Origin: Burkholderiales bacterium
GTDB taxonomy: Bacteria; Pseudomonadota; Gammaproteobacteria; Burkholderiales; Casimicrobiaceae
NCBI GenBank assembly: GCA_020852555.1
Contig: JADZAQ010000200.1
Location: 3,929-67,928 of the forward strand
DNA: 64,000 bases
Direction of reading: 5' to 3'
The position numbers and the translations under genes were made by a program. Below are positions 1 to 11,305 of the stretch, one piece after another. Each line of letters opens with the position of its first letter. Within the stretch, counting starts at the first letter, position 1. The notes beneath the pieces were generated by a model. The model was given only the letters and a program-made list of their open reading frames with translations, was not told where the DNA came from and ran no database searches.

Positions 1-1053
1 AAGCCGGGGCTCGGCACGCTCGCGCGGGCGTACGTGCACGGGGACGTCGATTTCACCGGTAGCGCCCGAGGCATCCTCGATGTTGCCGAGTCGCTGGTTG
101 GCACCGTGGATCATGGCGCTGATGGCCTCGTCACCAGGTGGAAGCAGTTCGTCCACCAGCATCGCAGCAACCAGCGCAACATCGCGCACCATTACGACGT
201 CTCCAACGCGTTCTATCGCCTGTGGCTCGACGAGCGCATGGTCTACTCGTGCGCGTATTTCAAGACGGCGAGCGATACGCTCGACCAGGCACAGGTCAAC
301 AAGATCGATCACATCTGCCGCAAGCTGCGCCTCGCGCCGGGCGAGCGCTTCCTCGACATCGGCTGCGGCTGGGGCGCGCTCGTCCTGCACGCCGCGCAGA
401 ACTACGACGTGCAGGCGCACGGAATCACGCTGTCGAAGAACCAGTTCGAGCACGTGTCGCGCGAGATCGAGGCGCGTGGGCTGGGCGGGAAGGTGACGGT
501 CGAGTTGCGCGACTATCTCGACCTTCCGGAGGACGCGCCCTACGACAAGGTGGCGAGCGTCGGCATGTTCGAGCACGTCGGCGTGGCGCGCTTCCTCAAG
601 TACTTCGGCAAGATCTATCGCGTGCTGAAGCCGGGTGGCCTCGTGCTCAACCACGGCATCACCCACAACGCCCTCGGCGCCGACAGCCTGGGCAGCGGGA
701 TCGGTGACTTCGTCGAGGAATACGTATTTCCGGGCGGCGAGCTCACCCACGTTTCGAAGGTCATCGAGAGCATGGCCGGCGCGGGCCTCGAGTCGATCGA
801 CGCCGAGGCGCGGCGCGAGCACTACGCAAGGACGCTCTGGCACTGGGTCGAGCGCCTCGAAGCGCGCGCGGCGGAGGCGATCCGCGAAGTCGGCGAGGAG
901 CGCTTCCGCGTGTGGCGCATCTACATGGCGGGTTCGGCGCACGCCTTCGACCGGGGCTGGCTGTCGCTGTGGCAGATCCTGGCCGGCAAGCCGTTGCCCG
1001 ACGGGTCGTTGCCGCATCCGCTGACCCGCGATTACATGTACGCCACGCGCTGA
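1..1053 (+). CDS. cfa: Cyclopropane-fatty-acyl-phospholipid synthase family methyltransferase (5' end outside window)
   Basis: HHYDVSN, MVYSCAYF, LDIGCGWG, SVGMFEHVG, YVFPGG motifs; frame is open from base 1. Confidence 0.85.
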   Translation, partial: KPGLGTLARAYVHGDVDFTGSARGILDVAESLVGTVDHGADGLVTRWKQFVHQHRSNQRNIAHHYDVSNAFYRLWLDERMVYSCAYFKTASDTLDQAQVNKIDHICRKLRLAPGERFLDIGCGWGALVLHAAQNYDVQAHGITLSKNQFEHVSREIEARGLGGKVTVELRDYLDLPEDAPYDKVASVGMFEHVGVARFLKYFGKIYRVLKPGGLVLNHGITHNALGADSLGSGIGDFVEEYVFPGGELTHVSKVIESMAGAGLESIDAEARREHYARTLWHWVERLEARAAEAIREVGEERFRVWRIYMAGSAHAFDRGWLSLWQILAGKPLPDGSLPHPLTRDYMYATR

Positions 1054-1117
1054 CGCCGCCGTCGGGTTGCAGCGGCGGTGCGGCGCCCACATCTTCACCG
1101 CAGCGAAGGAGAGACCC

Positions 1118-1432
1118 ATGGACAAGCGCCCCGACCCCACCGGCGAGGCACTCGACGCGCTGCACGTCGAGGAGAAGGATTCACTGCTCACTTTCCCGTG
1201 CGCATTCCCGATCAAGGTGATGGGCCGCACGCAGGACGGCTTTGCGCAGGCGGTCACCGACGTCGTGGTACGGCACGCCCCCGACTTCGATCCGGCAGCG
1301 CTCGAGATGCGCGCATCCAGGGAGGGGAACTGGCTGTCGGTGACGGCGACCGTCAATGCGGTGTCGCGCGTCCAGCTCGACGATCTCTATCGCGAGCTCG
1401 TCGCGCATCCGATGGTGAAGATGGTGCTGTAG
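1118..1432 (+). CDS. ybeD: YbeD/DUF493 family protein
   Basis: SLLTFPCAFPIKVMG...QLDDLYRELVAHPMVKMVL; AAGGAG RBS; position upstream of lipB. Confidence 0.85.
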   Translation: MDKRPDPTGEALDALHVEEKDSLLTFPCAFPIKVMGRTQDGFAQAVTDVVVRHAPDFDPAALEMRASREGNWLSVTATVNAVSRVQLDDLYRELVAHPMVKMVL

Positions 1433-1470
1433 TCTGCGCATCAATCCAGGCATGGCGACGGGCATCGGCG

Positions 1471-2202
1471 ATGGCTGATCTCGCGAACGACGCGCCGGCA
1501 GTCGTGGTTCGCCGCCTCGGCCGCACCGATTATCGCGAAACCTGGGCAGCGATGCGCGCCTTCACCGATGCGCGCGACGATGCGACCGCCGACGAGATCT
1601 GGCTCACCGAGCACCCGCCCGTGTACACGCTGGGATTGGCCGGGCGCGGCGAGCACGTCCTGCGCGCGAACGGCATCGAGACGATCAAGGTCGACCGCGG
1701 CGGGCAGGTGACGTACCACGGGCCGGGGCAGTTGGTGGCCTACGTGCTCCTCGACCTGCGCCGCGCGCACCTGGGCGTGCGGCAGGTGGTGCGTGCGCTC
1801 GAAGCGGCGGTGATCGCCTGGCTCGCGACCTGTGGCGTCGCCGCCTACGGGAAGACGCAGGCGCCCGGCGTCTACGTGCACGGCAGCGCCGAGGCGCCGC
1901 CGGGATCGCTCGGCGAGGCGAAGATCGCGGCACTGGGACTCAAGGTGCGCCGGCACTGCACGTATCACGGGCTCGCGGTGAACGTCGCGATGGACCTCGC
2001 GCCGTTCGCCGACATCGATCCTTGCGGCTACCCGGGGCTCGCGGTTACCGACCTCGCACGGCTCGGCGTGGAACGCACGACGGCGCAAGCCGGCGACGAA
2101 CTCGCTCCCGACCTCGTGCGTACGCTCACCGAGCGTGAGGGCGGATGCCGGGCACGCCTCGGGCTCGGCGCGGCGCCGGAGCGCACGCACCCGGGGTGCT
2201 AG
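1471..2202 (+). CDS. lipB: Lipoyl(octanoyl) transferase
   Basis: [37 protein letters not shown] motifs. Confidence 0.95.
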   Translation: MADLANDAPAVVVRRLGRTDYRETWAAMRAFTDARDDATADEIWLTEHPPVYTLGLAGRGEHVLRANGIETIKVDRGGQVTYHGPGQLVAYVLLDLRRAHLGVRQVVRALEAAVIAWLATCGVAAYGKTQAPGVYVHGSAEAPPGSLGEAKIAALGLKVRRHCTYHGLAVNVAMDLAPFADIDPCGYPGLAVTDLARLGVERTTAQAGDELAPDLVRTLTEREGGCRARLGLGAAPERTHPGC

Positions 2203-2242
2203 AATGTTTCGTCCACCGACCGTAGCAGTGGACACTCCCCGC

Positions 2243-3208
2243 ATGGACCTCCCCTCAAACAGCGCGGGCGTCAAGCACAAGGGCGACGCCAAGACCTCGC
2301 GCATCCCCGTCAAGATCGTCCCGGCGGAAACGCTGAAGAAGCCGCCGTGGATCCGCGTGCGCGCCGCCACCTCGCCGCGGTTCATGGAGATCAAGAAGAT
2401 CCTGCGCGAGAACAATCTGCACACGGTGTGCGAGGAGGCATCGTGCCCGAACATCGGCGAGTGCTTCGGCCGCGGTACCGCGACGTTCATGATCATGGGC
2501 GACATCTGCACCCGGCGCTGCCCGTTCTGCGACGTGGGCCACGGCCGGCCACGCCCGCTCGATCGCGAAGAACCCGTGAACCTCGCGAAGACGATCGCCG
2601 CGATGCGCCTCACCTACGCGGTGATCACCAGTGTCGACCGCGACGACCTGCGCGACGGCGGCGCGCAGCACTTCGTCGATTGCATCCGCGCGGTGCGCGA
2701 GCATTCTCCCGGCACCCGAATCGAGGTGCTGGTGCCCGACTTCCGCGGCCGTCTCGACCGCGCGCTGGCGATTCTCGAGGCCGCGCCGCCGGACGTCATG
2801 AACCACAACCTCGAGACCGTGCCGCGCCTCTACAAGCAGGCGCGCCCCGGCGGCGACTACGCGCATTCGCTCAAGCTCCTGCAGGAATTCAAGGCGCGTG
2901 TCCCGGGCGTGCCGACCAAGTCCGGGCTGATGGTCGGCCTGGGCGAGACCGACGAGGAGATCGTCGCGGTGATGCGCGACATGCGCGAGCACGGCATCGA
3001 GATGCTCACCATCGGCCAATACCTGCAACCGTCGAAGGATCACCTGCCGGTGCTGCGCTACGTGCACCCCGATGCCTTCGCGGCACTCGAGCGCGAGGCG
3101 TACGCAATGGGCTTTCGCCATGCGGCGGTGGGGGCGCTCGTGCGTTCGTCGTACCACGCGGACCAGCAGGCGGAAGAGGTACTGCACCAGGAGCAGGCGC
3201 CGGGCTGA
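2243..3208 (+). CDS. lipA: Lipoyl synthase (radical SAM)
   Basis: [12 protein letters not shown] and CTRRCPFC cysteine clusters, RSSY motif. Confidence 0.97.
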   Translation: MDLPSNSAGVKHKGDAKTSRIPVKIVPAETLKKPPWIRVRAATSPRFMEIKKILRENNLHTVCEEASCPNIGECFGRGTATFMIMGDICTRRCPFCDVGHGRPRPLDREEPVNLAKTIAAMRLTYAVITSVDRDDLRDGGAQHFVDCIRAVREHSPGTRIEVLVPDFRGRLDRALAILEAAPPDVMNHNLETVPRLYKQARPGGDYAHSLKLLQEFKARVPGVPTKSGLMVGLGETDEEIVAVMRDMREHGIEMLTIGQYLQPSKDHLPVLRYVHPDAFAALEREAYAMGFRHAAVGALVRSSYHADQQAEEVLHQEQAPG

Positions 3209-3283
3209 GTGCGCGATTGTCGCGCCGCGGCGAGCGGCGGGTACGTTCCTTTGCCACATGGCGACAGTCCACCACTGTCGCGT

Positions 3284-4486
3284 TCAGTTCGGCGGCACGT
3301 GTCCCTTCGGCCAGAGGATCCACAGGCGGCCTTGCTGTTTCATGCGCCCGGCCGTGCGCCCGGCCTCGTCACCGAAGCCCCAGAAGAAATCGGCGCGCAC
3401 CGGCCCGCGGATCGCACCGCCGGTATCCTGTGCCATGGTGAGCCGCTCCAGCGGTTCCTCCGAGAGCGGGCGCGTCGTCGCGAGCCAGACCGGGGCGCCC
3501 AGCGGAATGAAGCGGGAATCGACCGCGATGGTGCGCGTGGCGAGGAGCGGCACCCCGAGCGAACCCTGCGGGCCGTCGATCGCCGCATCGAGCGAGCCCG
3601 GCGCCGGCGCCGGCACCTCGCGGAAGAAGACGTAGCTCGGATTGGTGTCGAGCAGCGCGCGCATCTCGCTCGGATGCGCGTCGACCCACGCGCGGATCGC
3701 CTGCATCGACGCCTTTTCGCGGGTGAGTTCGCCGCGCTCGATGAGGACCGCGGCAACCGAGCGATACGGCCGCCCGTTCTGGTCGGCGTAGCCAACGCGC
3801 ATCACGCTGCCGTCGGCCAGCGCGATGCGCCCCGAGCCCTGGATCTCGAGGAAGAACGCCTCGACGGGATCGCGCACGTAGGCGAGCGTCGGCGCCGGGA
3901 TCGCCGCCGGATCGCGCTCGATCTCCGCGCGTGCCGGGTACGGAACGACGCGCCTGCCCTCGAGCCGGCCGCGCACGTGCTTGCCCTTGAGTTCGGGGTA
4001 GAGCGACGCGAGATCGACGATGAGGAGATCGTCGGGTGTGCCGTAGAGCGGAACCGTGTATGCCTCGCTCGCGGTGCGTGAACCGACGAGGAGCGGCTCG
4101 TAGTAGCCGGTGACGAGCCCGACGTCGCTGCCGCCGGCGACGGCGACGCGGTACGGGCTAAAATGCGCCATGAAGAACGCGCGCACCGCCGCCTCGTCGT
4201 TGCCGTCGACCGTCCCGGCCGCGACGCACGGCGCCTTCCAGAGCGACTCGTACGCGGATCGCCTGGCGAGCGCGCGGCAGCCGATCAGGAAGGCGGGCCA
4301 GGCGGCGGCGAGGTCGTCGCGCGCGAATCCCGGCAGATCGCCCCAGGCCGCCGGCGGGAACGATGCGCGCTCCGGTGCAGCAGGTGCCGGCGGCACCGGA
4401 GCCGGCGGCGGTGTGGGCGGCACCGTCTGGCAGGCAGCGAGCGCCGCGACGACCACGAACGTCGCGACGGCACGGGTGTAGCGCAT
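3284..4486 (-). CDS. mltA: Membrane-bound lytic murein transglycosylase A (lipoprotein)
   Basis: LAAC lipobox, TGYYEP, IQGSG, NPSYVFF, AQDTGGAIRG (3D domain). Confidence 0.93.
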   Translation of the reverse strand: MRYTRAVATFVVVAALAACQTVPPTPPPAPVPPAPAAPERASFPPAAWGDLPGFARDDLAAAWPAFLIGCRALARRSAYESLWKAPCVAAGTVDGNDEAAVRAFFMAHFSPYRVAVAGGSDVGLVTGYYEPLLVGSRTASEAYTVPLYGTPDDLLIVDLASLYPELKGKHVRGRLEGRRVVPYPARAEIERDPAAIPAPTLAYVRDPVEAFFLEIQGSGRIALADGSVMRVGYADQNGRPYRSVAAVLIERGELTREKASMQAIRAWVDAHPSEMRALLDTNPSYVFFREVPAPAPGSLDAAIDGPQGSLGVPLLATRTIAVDSRFIPLGAPVWLATTRPLSEEPLERLTMAQDTGGAIRGPVRADFFWGFGDEAGRTAGRMKQQGRLWILWPKGHVPPN

Positions 4487-4591
4487 GGGCTGGATCTTCC
4501 TCGAGGCGCTGGTCGCGCTTGCCATCCTGGTCGGGATCGTATGGTGGACGATGGCCGGACGGCACAAGCCGCCGTCGGACCGCGACCGGCG

Positions 4592-4975
4592 TCAGTGAAG
4601 CGTGCGGGGAATCGACAGCGTGAACGACGGTATCGGCGCGTCGAACGTCGCGCCGTCGTCGGCGCGCATCTGATAGACGCCGCGCATGGTGCCCATCGAC
4701 GTCGATAGCGAGGCGCCGCTCGTGTACTCGAAACTCTCGCCGGGCTTCAATTCGGGCTGCTGTCCGACGACGCCCAGGCCCTTCACCTCCTGGATCTTGT
4801 GCTCGGCGTCGGTGATGATCCAGTGGCGCCCGACGAGTTTCACGCCGACCTCCCCGGTGTTGGTGATCCTGATCGTGTACGCGAAGACGTACTTGTCGTG
4901 GTCGGGGTCGGACTCGTCGGCGAGGTACGCGGCCCTGGGCTCCACCGTGATCGCGTAGCGTTTGTCCTGCATCAT
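4592..4975 (-). CDS. apaG: ApaG protein
   Basis: [29 protein letters not shown]. Confidence 0.95.
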   Translation of the reverse strand: MMQDKRYAITVEPRAAYLADESDPDHDKYVFAYTIRITNTGEVGVKLVGRHWIITDAEHKIQEVKGLGVVGQQPELKPGESFEYTSGASLSTSMGTMRGVYQMRADDGATFDAPIPSFTLSIPRTLH

Positions 4976-5023
4976 CTCGTGCCCGGTCTCGTCTGCGGCA
5001 TCGATTATAGAAGGTTTGCTCCG

Positions 5024-5713
5024 ATGGCCATCCCTCTTCGCATCGCCGCTTCGATCCTCTCCGCCGACTGCGCCCGCCTAGGTGACGAGGTGCGCAAGGT
5101 CGTCGACGCCGGCGCCGACGTGATCCACTTCGACGTGATGGACAACCATTACGTTCCGAATCTGACGCTCGGGCCCTTCGTGTGCGAGGCGCTGCGGCCG
5201 CACACCACGGCGCCGATGGACGTCCACCTCATGGTGAAGCCCGTCGATCGGATCGTGCCGGACTTCGCGAAGGCGGGCGCCAACCACATCAGCTTCCATC
5301 CGGAGGCCTCCGAGCACGTCGACCGCACGATCGGCCTCATCCACGAGCACGGCTGTACCGCGGGACTGGTGTTCAATCCGGCAACGCCGCTCGACTGGCT
5401 GATGCACACCATCGACCAACTCGACCTCGTGCTCATCATGTCGGTGAATCCCGGCTTCGGCGGGCAGTCGTTCATCCCGCACGCCCTCGAAAAGCTGAAG
5501 GCGGCGCGCAAGATCGTCGACGGCGCGATGCAACGCAGCGGCCGCACGATCCATCTCGAGATCGACGGTGGCGTCAAGGTGGGCAACATCCGGGCGATCG
5601 CCGAAGCCGGCGCCGACACCTTCGTCGCGGGCAGCGCGATCTTCGCCGCACCCGATTACCGCGCGACGATCGCGGCGATGCGCGCCGAACTCGCACAGGT
5701 GACGCGCCCGTAG
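5024..5713 (+). CDS. rpe: Ribulose-phosphate 3-epimerase
   Basis: [40 protein letters not shown]. Confidence 0.96.
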   Translation: MAIPLRIAASILSADCARLGDEVRKVVDAGADVIHFDVMDNHYVPNLTLGPFVCEALRPHTTAPMDVHLMVKPVDRIVPDFAKAGANHISFHPEASEHVDRTIGLIHEHGCTAGLVFNPATPLDWLMHTIDQLDLVLIMSVNPGFGGQSFIPHALEKLKAARKIVDGAMQRSGRTIHLEIDGGVKVGNIRAIAEAGADTFVAGSAIFAAPDYRATIAAMRAELAQVTRP

Positions 5714-5731
5714 CCGGTTCCGCGCGGGCAG

Positions 5732-5740
5732 TGGTATAGT
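5732..5740 (+). promoter_or_regulatory. Putative extended -10 promoter element (TGgTATAGT) for the trp leader/trpE transcript
   Basis: TG-n-TATAGT 35 nt upstream of the leader ORF. Confidence 0.45.
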
Positions 5741-5775
5741 CACTGCGCCCGTCCCCGCGACGGGCATCGACCACG

Positions 5776-5862
5776 ATGCAATCCGACCTCATCCTCGATC
5801 CGACGTTCGCCCCCGCGGCGTGGCGGCGTGCAGGCGAGTGGCGCTGGCGGCGCCCACTCTAG
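5776..5862 (+). CDS. trpL: Trp-rich leader peptide upstream of trpE ([28 protein letters not shown])
   Basis: 28-aa ORF read manually; 3 TGG codons clustered near the stop; ~100 nt upstream of trpE. Confidence 0.75.
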   Translation: MQSDLILDPTFAPAAWRRAGEWRWRRPL

Positions 5863-5959
5863 CCCCTCGCGCGTTTCGCGTCGCGCGCCGAACAAAGAAG
5901 CGACGCATCCCAGATCGAAGTCGTCCAGGCCGTCATCCGGCCGTCGAGAGGTTGCCGCC

Positions 5960-7441
5960 ATGATCACCGAATCCGAGTTCCGCGCGCTCGCTGCGCAGGG
6001 CTTCAATCGCATCCCGCTCGTCGAGGCGTCGTTCGCCGACCTCGATACGCCGCTGTCGCTGTACCTCAAGCTCGCCAATGCCCGCTATTCGTACCTCCTC
6101 GAATCGGTCGTCGGCGGCGAGCGCTTCGGACGCTACTCGTTCATCGGCTTGCCGGCGCGGATCCGCATCCGCGCCCGCGGGCGGCGCAGCGAGGTCTTCG
6201 ACGACGGCGGCGTCATCGAGACCCACGACGGCGACCCGCTGGCGTTCGTCGAGTCGTTCCGGCAGCGCTTCAAGGCAGCGCCGCTGCCCGACCTGCCGCG
6301 TTTCTGCGGCGGACTCGCCGGCATTTTCGGCTACGACGTGGTACGCCACATCGAGACGAAGCTCGCGCACAGCGGCAAGCCGGCGGCACCAGCGCTGGCC
6401 GACGTCCCCGATCTGCTGCTGCTGCTGACCGAGGAACTCGCCGTCGTCGACAACTTGAAGGGCAGGATCTCGCTCATCGTCTACGCCGATCCCGCGCAGC
6501 CGGAGGCGTATGCATCGGCGCGCTCGCGGCTGACCGAATTGCGCAGCCGGCTGCGCGCTCCGGTGACGATCCCGCACGCCACCGGAACCGCCGTCACCAA
6601 GGCCGAGAGCCAGTTCGGCGAGGCCAACTTCAAGGCGGCGGTGACGCGGGCGAAGGAGTACATCGCCGCCGGCGACATCATGCAGGTCGTGCTCTCGCAG
6701 CGGATGGCGATGGCGTTCACGGCCCCCCCGCTGTCGCTGTACCGCGCGCTGCGCTCGCTCAATCCGTCGCCGTACATGTTCTATTACGACTTCGGCGACT
6801 TCCACGTCGTCGGCGCCTCGCCCGAGATACTGGTGCGCAAGGAAGGCAGCACGGTGACGCTGCGGCCGATCGCCGGCACGCGACCACGAGGTGCGACCCG
6901 CGAGGCCGACGAGGCGCTCGCCGCCGAGCTTGCCGCCGATCCCAAGGAGATCGCCGAGCACGTGATGCTGCTCGACCTCGGCCGCAACGACGTCGGTCGC
7001 GTGGCGCAAACCGGCACCGTGCGGGTCGCCGACCGCATGATCATCGAGCGCTATTCGCACGTGATGCACATCGTGAGCAACGTCGAAGGCACGCTGCGGC
7101 CCGGGCTCACCTCGATCGACGTGCTGCGCGCGGCCTTTCCGGCAGGCACCGTGAGCGGCGCCCCCAAGGTGCGCGCGATGCAGATCATCGACGAGCTCGA
7201 GCCCGTCAAGCGCGGCATCTACTCGGGCGCCGCGGGCTACCTCTCCTTCCAGGACGACATGGACACCGCGATCATCCTGCGCACCGCGGTGGTGAAGGAC
7301 GGCGTGCTCTACGCGCAGGCGGGCGGCGGCATCGTCCACGACAGCTCGCCCGACGGCGAATGGCAGGAAACGCTCAACAAGCTGCGCGCGGTGCTGCGCG
7401 CCGCCGAGATGGTTCAGCACGGCCTCGACGGGGAGGCGTGA
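5960..7441 (+). CDS. trpE: Anthranilate synthase component I
   Basis: [51 protein letters not shown]. Confidence 0.96.
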   Translation: MITESEFRALAAQGFNRIPLVEASFADLDTPLSLYLKLANARYSYLLESVVGGERFGRYSFIGLPARIRIRARGRRSEVFDDGGVIETHDGDPLAFVESFRQRFKAAPLPDLPRFCGGLAGIFGYDVVRHIETKLAHSGKPAAPALADVPDLLLLLTEELAVVDNLKGRISLIVYADPAQPEAYASARSRLTELRSRLRAPVTIPHATGTAVTKAESQFGEANFKAAVTRAKEYIAAGDIMQVVLSQRMAMAFTAPPLSLYRALRSLNPSPYMFYYDFGDFHVVGASPEILVRKEGSTVTLRPIAGTRPRGATREADEALAAELAADPKEIAEHVMLLDLGRNDVGRVAQTGTVRVADRMIIERYSHVMHIVSNVEGTLRPGLTSIDVLRAAFPAGTVSGAPKVRAMQIIDELEPVKRGIYSGAAGYLSFQDDMDTAIILRTAVVKDGVLYAQAGGGIVHDSSPDGEWQETLNKLRAVLRAAEMVQHGLDGEA

Positions 7442-7444
7442 ATC

Positions 7445-8014
7445 ATGCTGCTCATGATCGACAACTACGACAGCTTCACCTACAACCTCGTGCAGTACCT
7501 CGCCGAGCTCGGCGCCGAGGTCGAGGTTCACCGCAACGACGCGATCACCCTCGACGACGTCGCCGCGCTGCGGCCCGAGCGGATCGTCGTGTCGCCGGGG
7601 CCGTGCACGCCGAGCGAGGCGGGCATCTCGGTGCCGCTCATCCAGCGCTTCGCGGGCGAGATCCCGATCCTCGGCGTGTGCCTCGGACACCAGGCGATCG
7701 GTCAGGCGTTCGGCGGGCGCATCGTGCGGGCGCAGCGGGTGATGCACGGCAAGCTCTCGCCGGTGACGCACGACGCGCACGGCGTCTTCACCGACCTGCC
7801 TTCGCCCCTGACCGTCACCCGCTATCACTCGCTCGCGATCGACCGCGGTGCGCTTCCCGCCGATCTCGAGATCACGGCCACCGCCGACGACGGCGAGATC
7901 ATGGGCGTGCGCCACCGGCGCCTTGCCGTCGAGGGCGTACAGTTCCACCCCGAGGCGATCCTCACCGAGCATGGCATGCGCCTGCTCGGCAATTTCCTCG
8001 AGGGCAGGCGATGA
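7445..8014 (+). CDS. trpG: Anthranilate synthase component II (glutamine amidotransferase)
   Basis: [27 protein letters not shown]. Confidence 0.94.
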   Translation: MLLMIDNYDSFTYNLVQYLAELGAEVEVHRNDAITLDDVAALRPERIVVSPGPCTPSEAGISVPLIQRFAGEIPILGVCLGHQAIGQAFGGRIVRAQRVMHGKLSPVTHDAHGVFTDLPSPLTVTRYHSLAIDRGALPADLEITATADDGEIMGVRHRRLAVEGVQFHPEAILTEHGMRLLGNFLEGRR

Positions 8015-8119
8015 AGATCGTGGCAATCCACGCGCGCGGGACGAACCTCACGATTGCCGGCATACCCGAGGCATCGCCGCTTCGCGCCGACCACCAGAAT
8101 TGACGACGACGAGAGAACC

Positions 8120-9160
8120 ATGACCATCTCCCCCCAGGAGGCCCTCCAGCGGACGATCGAGCATCGCGAGATCTTCCACGACGAGATGCTGCACCTCATG
8201 CGCCAGATCATGAGCGGCGAGGTGTCGCCGGTGATGATCGCCGCGCTCACCGTCGGACTGCGCGTCAAGAAGGAGACGATCGGCGAGATCGCCGCTGCGG
8301 CGCAGGTGATGCGCGAGCTCTCGACCAAGGTGGACGTGGCCGACCGTGACAATCTCCTCGACATCGTCGGCACCGGCGGCGACGCCGCGCACACCTTCAA
8401 CATCTCCACCGCCGCGATGTTCGTCGCCGCCGCGGCCGGGGCGCGCGTGGCCAAGCACGGCAACCGGTCGGTGTCGTCCAAATCCGGCAGCGCCGACGTC
8501 CTCGAAGCGCTCGGCGCCAACATCCAGCTCTCGCCGCACGCGGTGGCCGAGTGCATCGGCGAGACCGGCATCGGCTTCATGTTCGCGCCCAATCATCACG
8601 CGGCGATGAAGCACGCCGCGCCGGTGCGGCGCGAGCTCGGCGTGCGGACGATTTTCAACATCCTGGGGCCGCTCACCAATCCGGCGGGCGCGCCCAACCA
8701 TCTCATCGGCGTCTTCCATCCCGACCTCGTCGGCATCCACGTGCGCGTGCTGCAGCGGCTGGGCTCGCAGCACGCGCTCGTGGTGTACGGCAAGGACGGC
8801 ATGGACGAGATCTCGCTCGGCGCTTCGACCATGATCGGCGAACTCCGCGACGGCGAGGTCCGCGAGTACGAGATCCACCCCGAGGACTTCGGGCTGTCGA
8901 TGAAGTCGAATCGCGGCCTCAAGGTCACCGGTGCAGCGGAGTCGAAGGAGATGGTGCTGGAGGCGCTTGCCAACGTCGAGGGAACGCCGCGCGAGATCGT
9001 GGCGCTCAACGCCGGCACCGCGCTGTACGCGGCCGGCGTGGCGGCTTCGATCGCCGACGGCATCGAGCGGGCGCGCACCGCGATCGCCAGCGGCGCGGCG
9101 AGGCGCAAGCTCGATGCCTTCGTGGCCGCGACGCAAAAGCTCGCGCCCAGGGCGGCATGA
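8120..9160 (+). CDS. trpD: Anthranilate phosphoribosyltransferase
   Basis: [25 protein letters not shown]. Confidence 0.96.
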   Translation: MTISPQEALQRTIEHREIFHDEMLHLMRQIMSGEVSPVMIAALTVGLRVKKETIGEIAAAAQVMRELSTKVDVADRDNLLDIVGTGGDAAHTFNISTAAMFVAAAAGARVAKHGNRSVSSKSGSADVLEALGANIQLSPHAVAECIGETGIGFMFAPNHHAAMKHAAPVRRELGVRTIFNILGPLTNPAGAPNHLIGVFHPDLVGIHVRVLQRLGSQHALVVYGKDGMDEISLGASTMIGELRDGEVREYEIHPEDFGLSMKSNRGLKVTGAAESKEMVLEALANVEGTPREIVALNAGTALYAAGVAASIADGIERARTAIASGAARRKLDAFVAATQKLAPRAA

Positions 9161-9262
9161 GTCCGGGGCCGCGCCGCGTCATGGTCCGTGCGACGGCGCA
9201 ATGCGTGCGAAGCCGCCACGGCCGGCAACGCTCGTGTTCGTGACGACCTCGATAGGATAGCC

Positions 9263-10057
9263 ATGGCAGACAGCGACATCCTGGACCGCATCGTCGCGGT
9301 GAAGGCCGAGGAGGTGATTGCCGCGCAGGTCGCGCAGCCATTCGCCGAGGTCGTCGCGCGTGCGCGCGCGGCGCCGCCAGCGCGTGGCTTCGAGCGCGCG
9401 CTACGCGCGAAGATCGCCGCCGGCAAGCCTGCCGTGATCGCCGAGATCAAGAAGGCGAGCCCCAGCAAGGGTGTGCTGCGCCCCGACTTCGACCCGCCCG
9501 CGATCGCGGCGGGGTACGAGCGCGCCGGCGCGGCGTGCCTGTCGGTGCTCACCGACCGCTCGTTCTTCCAGGGCGCCGCCGAGTACCTCGTCGCGGCGCG
9601 CGCGGCATGCGCGCTTCCGGCGCTGCGCAAGGAGTTCATCGTAGACGCCTACCAGGTCGCCGAGTCGCGCGCGCTGGGCGCCGACGCGATCCTGCTCATC
9701 GTGGCGGCACTCGACGATGCGCAACTCGCAAGCCTCGAGGCCGCGGCGCTCGACTTCGGCATGGACGTGCTGGTCGAGGTACACGACGGCCGCGAACTCG
9801 ACCGCGCGCTGCGTCTGGCCACCCCGCTCATCGGCATCAACAACCGCAACCTGCGCAACTTCAGCGTCACGCTGGACACGACGTTCAACCTCCTCGCCCG
9901 CGTCCCGCCGGAGAAGCTCGTCGTCACCGAGAGCGGTATCGGGAGCCGCCGCGACGTGGCCACCATGCGCGCACGGGGTGTGCACGCCTTTCTGGTCGGG
10001 GAGGCGTTCATGCGCGCGCCCGATCCGGGCCGGGCGCTCGCGGCGCTCTTCGATTAG
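9263..10057 (+). CDS. trpC: Indole-3-glycerol phosphate synthase
   Basis: [33 protein letters not shown]. Confidence 0.96.
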   Translation: MADSDILDRIVAVKAEEVIAAQVAQPFAEVVARARAAPPARGFERALRAKIAAGKPAVIAEIKKASPSKGVLRPDFDPPAIAAGYERAGAACLSVLTDRSFFQGAAEYLVAARAACALPALRKEFIVDAYQVAESRALGADAILLIVAALDDAQLASLEAAALDFGMDVLVEVHDGRELDRALRLATPLIGINNRNLRNFSVTLDTTFNLLARVPPEKLVVTESGIGSRRDVATMRARGVHAFLVGEAFMRAPDPGRALAALFD

Positions 10058-10184
10058 CACCCCTACGGTCGCTTCGCTCGCTGCCCCCCCGCGCGGGGCC
10101 GTCCGTGTGGCCCGTGTTTGCTATGATGCGCTGCCTTGCGACGCGGTGTCGCGGGCGACCACCATCCTGGGAAGGCGGCAGCCC

Positions 10185-11276
10185 GTGTCGGCGATCGCGG
10201 TCGAGAACGTGAGCAAGCACTGGACGACCGTCGATGGGCAGGTCCGTGCGGTCGACGGCATCTCGTTCACGCTCGCCGAAGGCACCTTCAACGTCCTCCT
10301 GGGGCCGTCCGGGTGCGGCAAGTCGACGACGCTGCGCCTCATCGCCGGGCTCGAGACCGCCACCGGCGGCCGCATCACGATCGGCGACCGCGACGTCACG
10401 AATCTTCCGCCGGCGCAGCGCAACATCTCGATGGTGTTTCAGAGCTACGCGCTCTTCCCGCACCTGTCGGTGCGCGAGAACATCCTCTTCGGCCTGCGCG
10501 TGCGGCGCGTGCCGCCGACCGAGCGCGACGCACGGCTCGCCCGGGCCGCCGACCTCCTCGGGCTCACGCCGCTCCTCGCCCGCAAGCCGTCGCAGCTTTC
10601 CGGAGGGCAGCAGCAGCGCGTGGCGCTGGGGCGAGCGATCATCGCCGAGGCGCCGGTGTGCCTCATGGACGAGCCGCTGTCGAATCTCGATGCGCAGCTG
10701 CGTGCCGAAATGCGCCAGGAGATTCGTGCGCTGCAGCGCAAGCTCGGCATCACGATGGTGTACGTCACGCACGACCAAGTCGAGGCGATGTCGATGGCCG
10801 ATCGCGTGATCCTGATGAATAGCGGACGCATCGCGCAAAACGGCACGCCGGTCGACCTCTACGAGCATCCGGCCTCCACGTTCGTCGCGCGCTTCATCGG
10901 TACGCCGCCTATGAACCTGCTCGCGCTCGAGCAGCGTCCGGGCGGCGCGGTGATCCGCGGCACCGAAGGCTCCGCCATCTACCCCGCCGACTGCGCCGGC
11001 GGCTCGCTCGGCATCCGTCCCGAGCACGTCGCACTGGTCGCCAATCGCGGCCTGCCCGCCACCGTCGAGAGTGTCGAGTATCTCGGCGGCGACTCGCTGC
11101 TCGCGATGACGGTGGGCGGGCAGCGGATCGCGGTGCGCGTGGCGGGCAGCGTGGCCCTGCATGCTGGCGATGTGGCGTCACTCACCTGGGTGCCGGGCGC
11201 CCAGCACTTCTTCGCGGCCGACGGCCGGCGCCACGAGGCGTCCGCCCTACCTGCCGCGGCAACACTGACGGCGTGA
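10185..11276 (+). CDS. Carbohydrate/glycerol-3-phosphate ABC transporter ATPase (UgpC/MalK-like)
   Basis: GPSGCGKST Walker A, LSGGQQQR signature, DEPLSNLD; GTG start estimated. Confidence 0.88.
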   Translation: MSAIAVENVSKHWTTVDGQVRAVDGISFTLAEGTFNVLLGPSGCGKSTTLRLIAGLETATGGRITIGDRDVTNLPPAQRNISMVFQSYALFPHLSVRENILFGLRVRRVPPTERDARLARAADLLGLTPLLARKPSQLSGGQQQRVALGRAIIAEAPVCLMDEPLSNLDAQLRAEMRQEIRALQRKLGITMVYVTHDQVEAMSMADRVILMNSGRIAQNGTPVDLYEHPASTFVARFIGTPPMNLLALEQRPGGAVIRGTEGSAIYPADCAGGSLGIRPEHVALVANRGLPATVESVEYLGGDSLLAMTVGGQRIAVRVAGSVALHAGDVASLTWVPGAQHFFAADGRRHEASALPAAATLTA

Positions 11277-11305
11277 CCGCGCCGCATTTCGTGGAGGGAA
11301 AGGCA

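Noticed and set aside
10058-10115. Possible REP-like element after trpC
   Set aside because: No second copy recognised in the window, so it cannot be supported.
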